DNA of 64,000 nucleotides from Octopus sinensis (taxonomy: Eukaryota): the NCBI RefSeq assembly GCF_006345805.1, contig NC_043006.1, positions 7,378,001 to 7,442,000 on the forward strand, read 5' to 3'. The notes beneath the pieces were generated by a model. It was not told the DNA's origin. It did not search any database and saw only the letters and a program-made list of their open reading frames with translations. Shown piece after piece: positions 25,182-38,239 of this stretch (position 1 is the stretch's first letter; every line of letters begins with the position of its first letter). A program made the position numbers and the translations under genes.

Positions 25182-25463
25182 ATAGGCGCAGGAGTGGCTG
25201 TGTGGTAAGTAGCTTGCTAACCAACCACATGATTCCGGGTTCAGTCCCACTGCGTGGCATCTTGGACAAGTGGCTTCTGCTATAGCCCCGGGCCGACCAA
25301 TGCCTTGTGAGTGGATTTGGTAGACGGAAACTGAAAGAAGCCTGTCGTATATATGTACATATGTATATATATATATGTATGTATGTGTGTGTGTGTGTGT
25401 GTGTTTGTGTGTCTGTGTTTGTCCCCCTAGCATTGCTTGACAACCGATGCTGGTGTGTTTACG
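25182..25463 (+). mobile_element. SINE family A, 3'-truncated
   Basis: Head and body intact; stops at GTGTTTACGT. Confidence 0.9.
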
Positions 25464-26062
25464 TTTGTTACATTTGTTATTATCATGTCAGACAACTACA
25501 ATCTAAACAAGCGATACTCAACTTATTCCAGCAGTTTGAACAGGAGACTGTGATTGATTTGCAATATGTTGGAAGACAACGTTGAGGGAGGTCTTAGGAC
25601 AACATTCAGCGTGTGCAGCCGACTACTGAAGAGACTCCAACATCAACCCGATGGCGGTTCCAGTAGCTGGGCAAGGCCCGCAACTTGCTATAGAGGACTT
25701 ACAGAGTGCTGAATTTATTATTCCCACATATAGTGCAGCTAGTGCAGGAACTGAAGGCATCAGATTATAGGGCACCATTAGTGTATACTGCCCAGATCAA
25801 GAATCTCTAAATTCAATTAGCCCACACACTCGCCTGATTTAATGAATACAGACTTTTTCATTTGGGAATATCTGAAAGTCAAAATATGCCATAACAATCT
25901 TCAGACCATCCAGCAATTTAAGGCGAAGAAATTGAAGAAATAAAAAAGAACAACATTACAAATGGTCGTGGAACCCTACTCAGAAAGAGCTTACCATTGT
26001 CAAGAACGAAATGATAGCCATTTGAAAGGACAGAATTTACCAAGAAATGTATTTATTCTATT

Positions 26063-26240
26063 GTGTCTGGGGAGAGTCATTTTCTTTTGTGCCCTACTAT
26101 GTAACACACTCACCGGTAAAATTTCTACGTTTCTCGTTTTTTTTTAGCGGTGAGTGTGTTACATAATGTGTGTTACATAATTTTACCAGTGAGTGTGTTA
26201 CATAATAAGGCACAAAAAGAAAATGACTCTCCCTAGACTA
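26063..26240. repeat. Inverted repeat (~60-bp arms) with internally duplicated spacer
   Basis: GGGGAGAGTCATTTTCTTTTGTGCC...TGTAACACACTCACCGGTAAAATT versus its reverse complement at 26178-26238. Confidence 0.8.
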
Positions 26241-26412
26241 AGTAGAATATGCTTCAACACACGAACTCATATAAGGAATCTTGCAAACCAAATCCAAAAA
26301 CGAAATAATGTATTTATGTTTTCAAAATAGAGAATGCGAATATTTAATGAACAACAAGGTTATTATAATTTGAAATGGTCTAGTGACTATAGTGCCACCT
26401 AGTATATATATA

Positions 26413-26732
26413 TGAGCGTCGAGCTTACGTTCGTGAGGTTGTAAGCTCGAATCCCGGACCGGGCTGGGTGTTGTGTTCTTGAGCAAGGCACTTTATTTCA
26501 CGTTGCTCCAGTTCACTCAGCTGTAGAAATGAGTTGCGACGTCACTGGTGCCAAGCTGTATCGACATTTATCTTTCCCTTGGATAACACTGGTGGCGTGG
26601 AGGGGAGAGGGGAGGCTGGTATGCATGGGCGACTGCTGGTCTTCCATAAAAAACCTTGCCGGACTTGTGTCTAGGAGGGTAACTTTCTAGGTGCAATCCC
26701 ATGGTCATTCATGACCGAAGGGGGTCTTTACC

Positions 26733-26736
<4 letters not shown>
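26413..26736 (+). mobile_element. SINE family D (tRNA head, core TTGTGTTCTTGAGCAAGGCACTTTATTTCACGTTGCTCCAG)
   Basis: B-box-like GCTCGAATCCC; core shared with the SINE at 1913; flanked by (TA)n. Confidence 0.75.
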
Positions 26737-26794
<58 letters not shown>

Positions 26795-27664
26795 TATATA
26801 TATGTGTATATTGGCAGGGCTGGCCTGCTAGGTAGCCGGCGCAGAATACTAGAAGAAGATCATCAACGATCAAACTACAAGGGAAATTCTCTAGAGGAAG
26901 AATTCAGCGAACACCAGAACCAACTTTGGCGGGCAGGACATAGATATATATATATTATATATATATATATATATATATGTGTGGTATATTTTTGCAATGT
27001 ATACCTAGGTATATAAAAACGTACATGTGTATATATCTATATATTATATATATATATGTGTGTGTGGTGTGTGTGTGTGTGTGTGTATAAATTCTTGCAA
27101 GGCGATGTTGACAGAGGAAGAGCATATCTGTTGTGGTATGTAGCTTTTAGCTCTATTCTTATATTTACTGAAACTAGAAGTGTGGATTATATCGAGATAT
27201 GTGGACTATTATAAAACATTCTTGGATGAGTGTTGGGTTAGATATATACGTAATTTTATCAAGGACAATGAATGACGAAACAGTCGTTTATTTCAATACA
27301 GTATTAGCACCACGTGTGTCTGCATGTTTGTGTATATGTTTGTGTATATGTTTGTGTATATGTATGAGAGTGTAATGAGATAACTGAAAAGAATGAAAAA
27401 ATTATTCATAGCTTTCGTGCACAGACAGTTATTAGTCTAGCAATAAAAGAGATGGCTCCTTCCTTACTGTATGAACGAAGTTGATTTGCTTTTTAAATAA
27501 CTTAGTGTCATCCGATTATATTTCCTACAAAGAAAAAATTCACTTGCATAGAATAATGAGATGATCTATTCGTAAATTCAGCATGTGCTCTGAGTTACTT
27601 AATCAAATAAACGCATATGTGCATAATATGTAACAGACATATACATGTCAAATACATGACATAT

Positions 27665-28085
27665 ACTCTTTTACTCTTTTACTTGTTTCAGTCATTTGAC
27701 TGCGGCCATGCTGGAGCACCGCCTTTAGTCGAGCAAATCGACCCCGGGACTTATTCTTTTGTAAGAGCCCAGTACTTATTCTATCGGTCTACTTTGCCGA
27801 ACCGCTAAGTGACGGGGACGTAAACACACCAGCATCGGTTGTCAAGCAATGCTAGGGAAACAAAGACAGACACACAAACATATAACAACACACTTATATA
27901 TATATATATATATACATATATACGACAGCTTCTTTCAGTTTCCGTCTACCAAATCCACTCACAGGCATTGGTCGGCCCGGGGCTATAGCAGAAGACACTT
28001 GCCCAAGATGCCACGCAGTGGGACTGAACCCGGAACCATGTGGTGGTTAGCAAGCTACTTACCACACAGCCACTCCTGCGCCTAT
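27665..28085 (-). mobile_element. SINE family A, full length
   Basis: Complete reverse-complement match. Confidence 0.92.
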
Positions 28086-28093
28086 ATATATTA

Positions 28094-28171
<78 letters not shown>

Positions 28172-28243
28172 ATATATATATATATATATTATATATATTA
28201 TATATATATATGTAGGTCGCAAGAGTAACTTACTAATACCTTC

Positions 28244-28346
28244 GGCAAGTATCTTCTGCTATAGCCTCGGGCCGACCAAAACCTTGTGAGTGGATGTAGG
28301 AGACGGAAACTGAAAGAAGCCCGCCGTATATATATATATATATATA

Positions 28347-28384
<38 letters not shown>

Positions 28385-28621
28385 GTGCGTGTGTTTGTTT
28401 GTGTGTTTGCGTGTCTGTGTTTGTCCCCCACCATCGATTGACAACCGATTGCGGTGCGTTTATGTCCCCGTAACTTAGCGGTTCGGCAAAAGACACCGAT
28501 AGAATAAGTACTAGCATACAAAGAATAAGTGCTGGGGTTGATTTTGCTCGACTAAAAGCGGTGCTCCAGCATGCCCGCTGTCAAAACGTATGAAACAAGT
28601 AAAAGACTAAAAGAATAAAAG
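28244..28621 (+). mobile_element. SINE family A, 5'-truncated
   Basis: Body and tail match. Confidence 0.88.
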
Positions 28622-28633
28622 AAACAATATATA

Positions 28634-28700
<67 letters not shown>

Positions 28701-29665
28701 GTGTGTATTATTTTTGCATATGTATACCTAGGTATATAAAAACGTACATGTGTATGTGATTATATATATATGCCATCTACTGGTTTGTAGCACCTTTTCC
28801 TCTTCTCCCAACCTACAGCCTCATTCGGATCCTTCTGGTGTTCCAGATCCCGCTGCCCCACCTGCCCCTTCATCACCAACAGTATTTCCCTCACTGGTTC
28901 CAACCAGCACATATTTCACATCACAAATTCATTCTCTTGCACCTCATCTAGCGTCATATAGTGTATTAGATGCAACCTCTGTGATAAACTATATGTAGGT
29001 CAGAGAGGCCACCGGCTCGCAACCTGTTCACCGAACTTCTAAGAGATGTTCGGTTACGTTCGAAACCCCCGTCGCACGTCACTTTCTCTTGACCAAGAAC
29101 TCCCCCTCCAACATCTCCATCGTTGGCCTCGCTCTACACCATGGATTCACACATTCGCGACTCCGCATGGACCAGCGTTATATTTTTAATCTACGTTCGG
29201 ACTAAAAACAACCCCCTCCCCCTAATGAGTGTCTCCACAACCTCCTACAACAAAGCAACTTTATTTCATCTTTTTTGCTTTTATGCTTTTTTACGCGAAT
29301 ACTATGAACATTTTCTACTGAAGAGGAAAAAAATCTATTATGAAATTAATTCCGAAATTGATTCAATATAGAAATAACGAACTCAAAAAAAATTTCTATT
29401 GGCTGGCTTTCCTCGATTTCAGCTCTTCGTGTTTTCTGCAGCGAGTAAATAATATGTGGAAATTGATGATTTAAAAGTCTGTTATCAGCATATTGGCATA
29501 GAAATAATTTTCTTTAGCCCTTATTTATAAGTTGTTTATAATATTACCCTTAAAGGTATTTTAATATGCTGCCGCATTTTTTGATGGAATTTTTTTCTGT
29601 AAAAAATTTCATCCTATATTAGTAGCATATATATATATATACATACATACATGCATATATATGTA

Positions 29666-29752
<87 letters not shown>

Positions 29753-29759
<7 letters not shown>

Positions 29760-30125
29760 TTGGCATCACCTTTAAGGTACATCCAAGGCTTGGGCCTCGT
29801 GCCATCCGCCCAAACAAAACTCGCACTCTCATCTCATAACAACAATACGGCACATTATTTCACCTCAATTGGCCCCGCTCTCTTTAACATTACACCAAAA
29901 CACATTAAAACAGAAACTGACCCTATAGGGTTCAAGAAGTCTTGGACAGATTCCTTCAAGAAATTCCGGTTAAAACCCCCTACACCCGGATATGTCTCTG
30001 TAAACAATAACGCTCTACTTGAGTGGCCATAGTGCTCAAATTCTGACTTGAAAGACTTCACCAGGTGGTGCTATTAAGTTAGACATGGCCTGGGCCAATA
30101 ATGCCGAAACCTATCAAGTATCAAA
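29753..30125 (+). mobile_element. CR1/L2-group LINE 3' end (5'-truncated) in (TA)n
   Basis: [57 protein letters not shown], typical ORF2 C-terminus; tail ends GCCGAAACC. Confidence 0.7.
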
Positions 30126-30182
<57 letters not shown>

Positions 30183-30191
30183 CATATATAT

Positions 30192-30830
30192 GAATGGTCC
30201 TCTGGAGGACACTTGTCCTAAACCACTTTGACTATGCTCTCAACTCTGGTCACCATCCAGTGTCAAGTTAATCACAGAACTTGAGGCGATCCAACGAAAC
30301 TACACGAAGAAGATAGACTCTGTGCAGCATATAAGCTACTGGGAAAGACTCAAGAGTTTGAGACTCTATTCCTTAGAGCGTAGGCGAGAAAGATATGCCA
30401 TAATATACATCTGGAAGATCCTAGAAGGACTTGTCCTAAACTTTGGCAACGAGAGTTACACAAATGCCAGAACTGGGCGCCACTGCATAGTGCCAAGGAC
30501 TCCAAATTTGCCATCAAGATGTAGGACAAGATACTGTGATAGCCTGGGCTTCCGAGGCCCACAGCTCTTCAATATCCTCCCGAAGAACCTAAGACCTGCA
30601 TGGGGTGGATGCAGATGTCTTTAAAATAAAACTGGATTTCTTCTTGTCAGGTGTTCCAGATGAACCAACTTCACGGCAGGAGGTGCAGATGAGGGCAGCT
30701 GCATCGAACTCTCTCATGCACCAAATGGCAATTGCTAAAAAGCATTCGTGAAGTAAAATCATGTAGCAACACCAAATGGCGGTACCCCACCAGCATGGCC
30801 ACAGCTTGTGAGCTGAAGCTAGATAAAAAA
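30192..30830 (+). mobile_element. CR1/L2-group LINE 3' end (5'-truncated) in (TA)n
   Basis: CSQLWSPSSVKLITELEAIQRNYTKKI..YWERLKSLRLYSLERRRERYAIIYIWKILEGLV..GPQLFNILPKNLR; 3' tail GGCGGTACCCCACCAGCATGGCCACAGCTTGTGAGCTGAAGC. Confidence 0.88.
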
Positions 30831-30852
30831 AAAATAATAATAAAATATATGT

Positions 30853-30968
30853 ATATATATCACGTGATCACGTGACCGACCAGACCATCAGATGTTGCTA
30901 CACATCGCTGGTCACAATGCGTTCGCATTGTTTTAGCCTTTGAATGACACCACCTGCTGGCTAAGCGA
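30853..30968 (-). mobile_element. Isolated 3' tail matching the SINE at 47488-47770
   Basis: CACGTGATCACGTGACCGACCAG...CACATCGCTGGTCACAATGC is the reverse complement of 47690-47770. Confidence 0.75.
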
Positions 30969-30974
30969 GGTAGT

Positions 30975-31026
<52 letters not shown>

Positions 31027-32693
31027 TATCAGCATGTCGATATGCATATGTAAGTACATGCATAGACTTATTCATACCTATGGGATGCCGAATAACGTAA
31101 CGTATAAGCTGCCACAGAAGCACAAGTCTATATCTATTTTCAGAAGCCACATTTATGTAAAATATATGTAAAGAAGAAAACATATACTAATTCTATATAA
31201 CCATAAATAGAATTAAGAAATAAAGTTGCCCATTCAATGAAATACTAGAAATAAAGAAGGAACATATATGATACAGAAAAGATATTCGTAAAGTGCTGAG
31301 TAAAAGATAGTTGTACAGTGGAGTGTAACGACGTATAGCTCATTTGCACAGATAGTTATGGAGAAAGAATTACTCGACGTCGTAGGAGATCTAAAACAAA
31401 AACCTTCACAGCTTAAAGAAAAAGTAACAAACAGACCTTTATGAAATAGCATCACAGATATCTTACAAAATATATGTAGCACGCCAAATACAACTGTATA
31501 AACTTAAAAGCGAAAGACAGAGCAACCAGCCTTGCTTTAAATGATTGAAGAGAATATTTTTTAGTTTACTCACTGTTTTTTTAAATCATAACTTAATTTT
31601 GTTTTCTAGTAACTCTAAATTCTGGGTAAACAACTTCGCAAACCCGAAGTCAAACTAGTTAGGAATTGAACCGTGTGTACAGTTTTAATAAATCTCGCTT
31701 TTGCACTCTAAACAAATGGATAAAATTCAGATATGATGCCATTTCCTTCGTACAGCAATAGTATGTGAGTAATAGTATGGTTGCATAGTATTGGCACAAA
31801 CAGCACTGTCAATTTACCCAGCTCGATATTATTGATTTTTATCCCACCATTACTAAACTCTTCTCCTGAAAGCTTTGTCATCGCCATTGGATTTCTTGGT
31901 GAATCTGATATCGAAATAATTATACACGCAAGAAAATCCCTTTTGGTTTTGGCAAATCAAACTGGGTAAAAAAGATAAAACTTTTTTTTTTAAATAAAAC
32001 AAAATACATGGATTCTTTGATGTCACCAAGGGAGATACTTTGGGTCTGAACTAAGCGAAATTATCGTAATTGTTTGCATAAAAATGTTTTCCACTTTGTC
32101 TTCATTTCAATATTACCGTTACTTTTACTTTTTAATTTTGTATTTAAAAAAAAAAAAAGGTTGTGTACTGAACAAAGAAGTTCGTTTTGCATTTTATTAT
32201 CACATGAACGCTTGTCCAAAATTTAAGATATTTGCATTTCATCTCTTTTGAATAACTGCTTCTGTTACATTATTGCAATCGAAAAACTAGAAATAATGCC
32301 TTGTGAACATTCACCAGTATAACTCGGTACTCTGCAATAGTATTCACTGCGCTCTTACTTTTCTTTTAAGAACAAGACATGATACGGGCATTTATATCTG
32401 TACCCATTAAGAATTTACTGGTATGCATATGCATTCACATACAAATGCACGTAATCGCGACAAAGTTTAATCAAATTTTACACATCGGGGAAATAACCTT
32501 CATAACTATATGAGAGCATAGATCCGCATTTTCTTCTTATAGTGCTATACGAGAGTGTATCTATGTCTAGTTTTCTTGGTGCTATTTTGGTCCAAGATTA
32601 AAAAATGATGTGGAGAGCTGGAATGCGTACTGGGTGAACTGAGGTACCTGAAATTCAAGTGATGCATACCAGAAACATGAAGCTTGAAACTAC

Positions 32694-32695
<2 letters not shown>

Positions 32696-32757
<62 letters not shown>

Positions 32758-32802
32758 CAGCAGCAGTAGTAGTAGCAGTAGTAGTAGTAGTAGTAGTAGT
32801 AA

Positions 32803-32855
<53 letters not shown>
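32696..32855. repeat. (AGT)n microsatellite
   Basis: Direct reading. Confidence 0.97.
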
Positions 32856-32856
<1 letters not shown>

Positions 32857-33254
32857 GCATATGGTGACACAGTGCGTCGCTGCATTCGGTGCATTTGTTG
32901 CACCACTCAGGCAACAAAACTCCAATTCATGGGCCTGTTTGGATAGTCGTTGCTGGTGACGGTTTTTAGGGGGTCGCAATACAGAACTACCGTGACCCCT
33001 CTTAGTCGCCTTTTTTTTTACATCAAATAGCAAAAACTATTCACTGGTATGCCACGACGATGCTTGTTGATATTAAATCGGCAGCTACCTTTGAAGTTGT
33101 GCGTTGTGTAACTAAGGCGTTTATGTTGATACACTCCTATTATATATAAACAACTTACACACATTTGTAAGCAAACTTATCATAACGATTTTCAAGGGGG
33201 GGGATATAAATATGTGTATACGTTTCCATGCTCAGATTTGCTTTTTCTGAACAG

Positions 33255-33656
33255 TGCGTAGGAGTGGCTGTGTGGTAAGTAGCTTGCTTACGAACCACAT
33301 GATTCCGGGTTCAGTCCCACTGCGTGGCACCTTGCGCTAGTGTCTTCTACGATAGCCTCGGGCCGACCAAGGCCTTGTGAGTGGTTTTGGTCGACGGAAA
33401 CTGAAAGAAACCTGTCGTATATATATATTATATATATATATATATATATGCATGTATGTGTGTTTGTGTGTCTGTGTTTGTCCCCCCAACATCACTTGAC
33501 AACCGATGCTGGTGTGTTTACGTCCCCGTAACTTAGCAGTTCGGCAAAAGAGACCGATGGAATAAGTACTAGGCTTGTAAAGAATTTGCTCGACTAAAGG
33601 CAGTGCTCCAGCATGGCCACAGTCAAATGACTGAAACAAGTATAAGGGTAAAAGAG
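33255..33656 (+). mobile_element. SINE family A, full length
   Basis: Complete match. Confidence 0.92.
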
Positions 33657-34419
33657 TGCAAAATATCGAACATGTATAATTTATGTGCTCTTTTTGGGTT
33701 GGTTGAAGGGATGCCCATAAAAACCCTCAACTTAGAATGTATTTAATCTATCTGCCCCTATCTGGTTGCATTTGATATTTATTACATTTCACTTATTTTG
33801 TTCAACGTGTATATTTGTTAGGTGCTGTAGCCCCTTCCATAAACATTTTACTTTCCTTTTTCTTTTTTTGTTATACTGAGAATTTAATCTTTTCCCAAAC
33901 TTCAAAAGATATTGGACGCCTTATCACAGTTTGATATAGAACTTTGGAATTTTAAAACTTCATCTCTTTTATGAAGTTCATGAGGCATATTACACATTTC
34001 TGAAGTTCCTTTAGCCGTAGCTCCCAAGTGAGCAGCTATCTCGAAGACTTAGCTCTCTTTTCCGTTGAACTATTTTACAACTAGATTTATTATAGCTTTA
34101 AGTTCACAATGGTCATGACTCAAATATTCTTTTACTTTTCCATTTTTATTCATCCTTCCACATTTTGCATCAGCCTTCTTGTCTCTTTCACGTGATTTCT
34201 CTTGTATCAGTATCCTGTTTTGCAAATTGAATAGATCTCGTGCCCAGCGCTTCAAAACGTGTTATTAAAACCTGCCTAGGCCCTAGACTCGAAACATGAA
34301 ACTATTAGTACCTTTATATTGTATACATTAACTGATAATCTTACACTATTTCATATCTTTCACTAGATTGAGTAGGTTTTGTCCATCTTACCTTAACAGA
34401 ACTGTAAAGTATAGACACA

Positions 34420-34706
34420 CATATACACACACACACACATAAGCACATAAATGCTCAAACGCACACACATATATACATATACACACATATATGTACGTAT
34501 GTATATATATATATTTATATATATGTATATATATATACATATATATATGTGTATATATATATACACATATATATATGTGTATATATACACATATATATGT
34601 ATATATATATATATATATATATACATATATATATACATATACATATACCTATATATATATACACACATATATATATATATACATATACATATACCTATAT
34701 ATATAT

Positions 34707-34795
<89 letters not shown>

Positions 34796-34808
34796 GATAG
34801 ATAGATAT
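34420..34808. repeat. (TA)n/(TACA)n low-complexity tract
   Basis: Direct reading. Confidence 0.92.
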
Positions 34809-34924
34809 ACCAAGGGTGTATGGAAAGTCTTGAGCCTCAAAAAAGCAAAACATGCTACAAGACTTCTGATGAAGCTACAAGACTGCAAGGCTCAAAACAT
34901 CTCATGTAACCCTCGCATGCACAT

Positions 34925-34992
34925 GGAAACCGCAGGCGCGAGCCCGGGTGAAGCCGACCGCGGGTGCAGATCTCGGTGGTAGTAGCAAATAT
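34925..34992 (+). pseudogene. 28S: 28S rRNA fragment (~65 bp)
   Basis: GGCGCGAGCCCGGGTGAAGCCGACCGCGGGTGCAGATCTCGGTGGTAGTAGCAAATAT matches the conserved eukaryotic LSU segment ...CCCGGGTGGAGCCGCCGCAGGTGCAGATCTTGGTGGTAGTAGCAAATATTC. Confidence 0.88.
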
Positions 34993-34993
34993 G

Positions 34994-35034
<41 letters not shown>

Positions 35035-35982
35035 CGAGAGAGGGGTGAATGCAAATAACAGCATAGAGAGATCAAACCGTATATCGGAAAAAAGAGTTGA
35101 GAAATATAGCTTAAAATTCAAGCTGACGTTTAAATGCTACAATATTACAACAGTCTGTATGTCACCTTTCAGTTCATCGGGCGAGCAATGGGTTAACTGT
35201 TATATATTGATAAACACATATTTGAGATGTTTAATAATGGGGATATAATATAAAAGTGATGTAATATTTGGTTACTGGAAACCAGCTGAGCTGTGATGAA
35301 AAGCAGATGGTAAAGTGTAAAATTAAAACAAACAAATAAAAAAGACAGAACAACAAAAGAAGGCGAGGAAGAAAGAAGGGAAGAAGAAAGGAAGAAATAA
35401 ATAAATAAATAAATAAATAAAGACGAATAAAAGAAGTAAAAAGTAAATAAGACCGAGAATGTAGAGAATGTTAGTAATAGGGTATAACTGGCAGAAAAGG
35501 AAATTAGAGGATGCGATCATCGTATAATGCACACATTCATATACATAAGCACACAACTCCCCCTCTCTCTCTGTCTCTCTGTCTCTCCCTCTCTCTCCCT
35601 CTTTCTCTCTCTCACACACACGCATAACTATAAGTAATGAACAGGTATTGAGAATTCTATATATCAATGTTCGGGCACGAGGTAAGTGTAGAAATAATCA
35701 GGTTGAAAATATAGAAATGCGTGAAAAGTTGCAGTTCTTACTCTGTTATGTATGAAACTCCACTGAAAACTGTATGGGTTATGAATGAACAAGAGAAACG
35801 TAATGAAGGATGTAGTTAATCACTTTTTGAAATAAGGGATGTGTTTTTATAAGAGAAATCTTCTTAAGGGATTCAACGAGAGAAAATGACCGTTGATGTG
35901 GGTTAAATGGCAGAAAAGGTGTACATGTACAAATACGCACAGATACACACACACTCCGCACACACACGCAACATATATATAC

Positions 35983-36040
35983 GGTGGTGCCCCAGCATGG
36001 CCGCGGCCTTCGAGCTAAAACATTTTTAAGGATTTAAGGA
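35983..36040 (+). mobile_element. Truncated CR1/L2-type 3' tail
   Basis: GGTGGTGCCCCAGCATGGCCGCGGCC after (TA)n. Confidence 0.55.
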
Positions 36041-36093
36041 TACATCATTACATCATCCACATAGTCATTACATAAGTAATATGTAAAAATATA

Positions 36094-36250
36094 GAGGCGT
36101 CGAGCTGTCAGAATCGTTAGCACGCGAGGCGAAATGATTAGCGTTATTTCGTTCGTCTTTGCCTTTCATCATTTCGGGGTCGATAAATTAAGTACCAGTT
36201 GCATACTGTGGTCGATCGAATCGACTCCCCACTCCCCACTCCCCAAAGAT
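36094..36250 (+). mobile_element. SINE family C, diverged and internally deleted
   Basis: CGAGCTGTCAGAATCGTTAGCACG...GCCTTTCATCATTTCGGGGTCGAT. Confidence 0.75.
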
Positions 36251-36311
36251 AACCGATATTAATCTCTGTATTTGCTACTTGAAACTAGTTCAGAACTTCT
36301 GTTGAGTATAT

Positions 36312-36512
36312 TCTTTTTTACTTGTTTCAGTCATTTGACTGCGGCCATGCTGGAGCACCGCCTTTAGTCGAGCAAATCGACCCGGGACTTATTCTTTGTA
36401 AGCCCAGTACTTATTCTATCGGTCTCTTTTGCCGAACCGCTAGGTGACGGGGACGTAAACACACCAGCATCGGTTGTCAAGCAATGCTAGGGGGACAAAC
36501 ACAGATATAGAA

Positions 36513-36557
<45 letters not shown>

Positions 36558-36718
36558 ATACATAATACGACAGGCTTCTTTCAGTTTCCGTCTACCAAAT
36601 CCACTCACAAGGCATTGGTCGGCCAGGGGCTATAGCAGAAGACACTTGCCCAAGATGCCACGCAGTGGGACTGAACCCGGAACCATGTGGTTGGTTAGCA
36701 AGCTACTTACCACACAGC
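36312..36718 (-). mobile_element. SINE family A
   Basis: Reverse-complement match, lacking the extreme 5' end. Confidence 0.92.
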
Positions 36719-36849
36719 TAAGATGTAAAAATATAGTTTTTCAAAGAATCAAATGAAAGTATTAATTAATTTTTTTCAATTCAAATAATAAAGATTATTT
36801 GCCCACATAATGTGGCAGTCCTGGTTAGGACGATTCTTACTGTCATCTA

Positions 36850-37110
36850 ACCCCATGAAACATCGTATCCAGCTGGCATTACGTCACATTATCTAGTCTT
36901 GTGGTTAGGAAGCTGAAGAAACAGGTTTTTGTTGTGGAACATCGTTGTTGGACGCTAGACTGCAGGAGCGATGAAACTGCTCAGTTAATTCCTCCAAGTA
37001 AACGAGATGATGAACGAGGCGGTCTATCTTGCATCGAAATATGTCGAAAGGAAGCTTTCCAAAACAGGTCAGACTAAGGTGGTGAATGCCTGCATCGCAT
37101 CTGTTATTAT
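36850..37110 (+). mobile_element. Degenerate Tx1/L1 ORF2 fragment
   Basis: ERKLSKTGQTKVVNACIASVIIY resembles the post-RT W..RKLS..GR..V.N..I.S...Y motif. Confidence 0.4.
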
Positions 37111-37114
37111 TTAT

Positions 37115-37347
37115 CTATTTCTTTACTACACACAGGGGGCTAAACATAGAGGAGACAAACAAGGACAGACAAACGGATTAAGTCGATTATATCGACCCCA
37201 GTGCGTAACTGGTACTTAATTTATCGACCCCGATAGGATGAAAGGCAAAGTCGACCTTGGCAGAATTTGAACTCAGAACGTAGCGGCAGACGAAATACCG
37301 CTAAGCATTTCATTCGGCCTGCTAACGTTTCTGCCAGCTCGCAGCCT
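37115..37347 (-). mobile_element. SINE family C
   Basis: Reverse-complement match. Confidence 0.9.
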
Positions 37348-38239
37348 TATTATTTATCGCATGAGAGTTGTGCATCGCCTCGGCTACCGCGTGATCAAGC
37401 TGGAATGTCTCTTATTTACTTTCTTGAGGTAAGGCCTCGTTCCAACGGTCAGAGAGCTAGTCAACAACTAGCAGTCTCTGCGTAGCATCTTAGACATGTC
37501 GTGGTTTCTGATGCACAGACACGGGCTGAGGTCTCATCACCTGCAACGACTCAGTGACGGCAAACGTAGGTGGGCTCCGTTCTTGAGACAAAGATTTGCA
37601 ATGACTGGACCTCCTGTAAATACTAATTTCTATAGAAATTTGTTATTTCAAGAAAACATTGAATTTGAATTACTTTTATTTTTTACGATTATTGATAACA
37701 ATTCAGGCTGTAACGTCTGGGCCCGAGTCAGGCGCGTGTGAACGATATCGAGAGAACGTCTGCTACGAATATTATTTGACACAGGACACCTCTAAGACGA
37801 CCGCCAGACGCCGAATAAAAATAAATGAACTGCGAGCAGGTTCAATAAAAGGAACCCGAGTTATTGACTAAAAACACATACTTGAAGTCAGTGTTGTTAG
37901 AAATTAAATCGATATGAAATGAAGTAACCCGTGTAAATGATACAAGATCCTGCAAAGGAAAAAAAGGATGAAAAAAAAGTATGGATTTTCATCACGAGAA
38001 AAGCTGATATCAACTCTATTTTGATCCCCTTATTTCATTCGGCTTGCTAAACAATTTTCGATAGTGTTGCATACTCGCAACCAAGGACAATGCCTGGTAA
38101 ATAATGTAGCGTTACAAAAGACAGAAGTTAGCAAGATCGAATTAACAACATGAGGAATAAATTAAACTTTGGAGTAGATAATCTTACATCGTGAAGAAAG
38201 TAAAATAAGCCAGATAATATTATATGTACTTTTGATAGC

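Noticed and set aside
25470-25790. Possible host exon after a truncated SINE
   Set aside because: No recognisable protein motif or convincing splice pair; more likely an unidentified repeat.
28775-29200. Pro/Ser-rich ORF 28750-28998
   Set aside because: Starts in a microsatellite and is C-rich on one strand like LINE ORF1/UTR debris; no firm homology.
32545-33033. Poly-L/S/Y/T ORFs
   Set aside because: (AGT)n microsatellite read in different frames.
34925-34992. rDNA unit or R1/R2 insertion site
   Set aside because: Only ~65 bp of 28S, no flanking rDNA, and not the region containing the R2 target.
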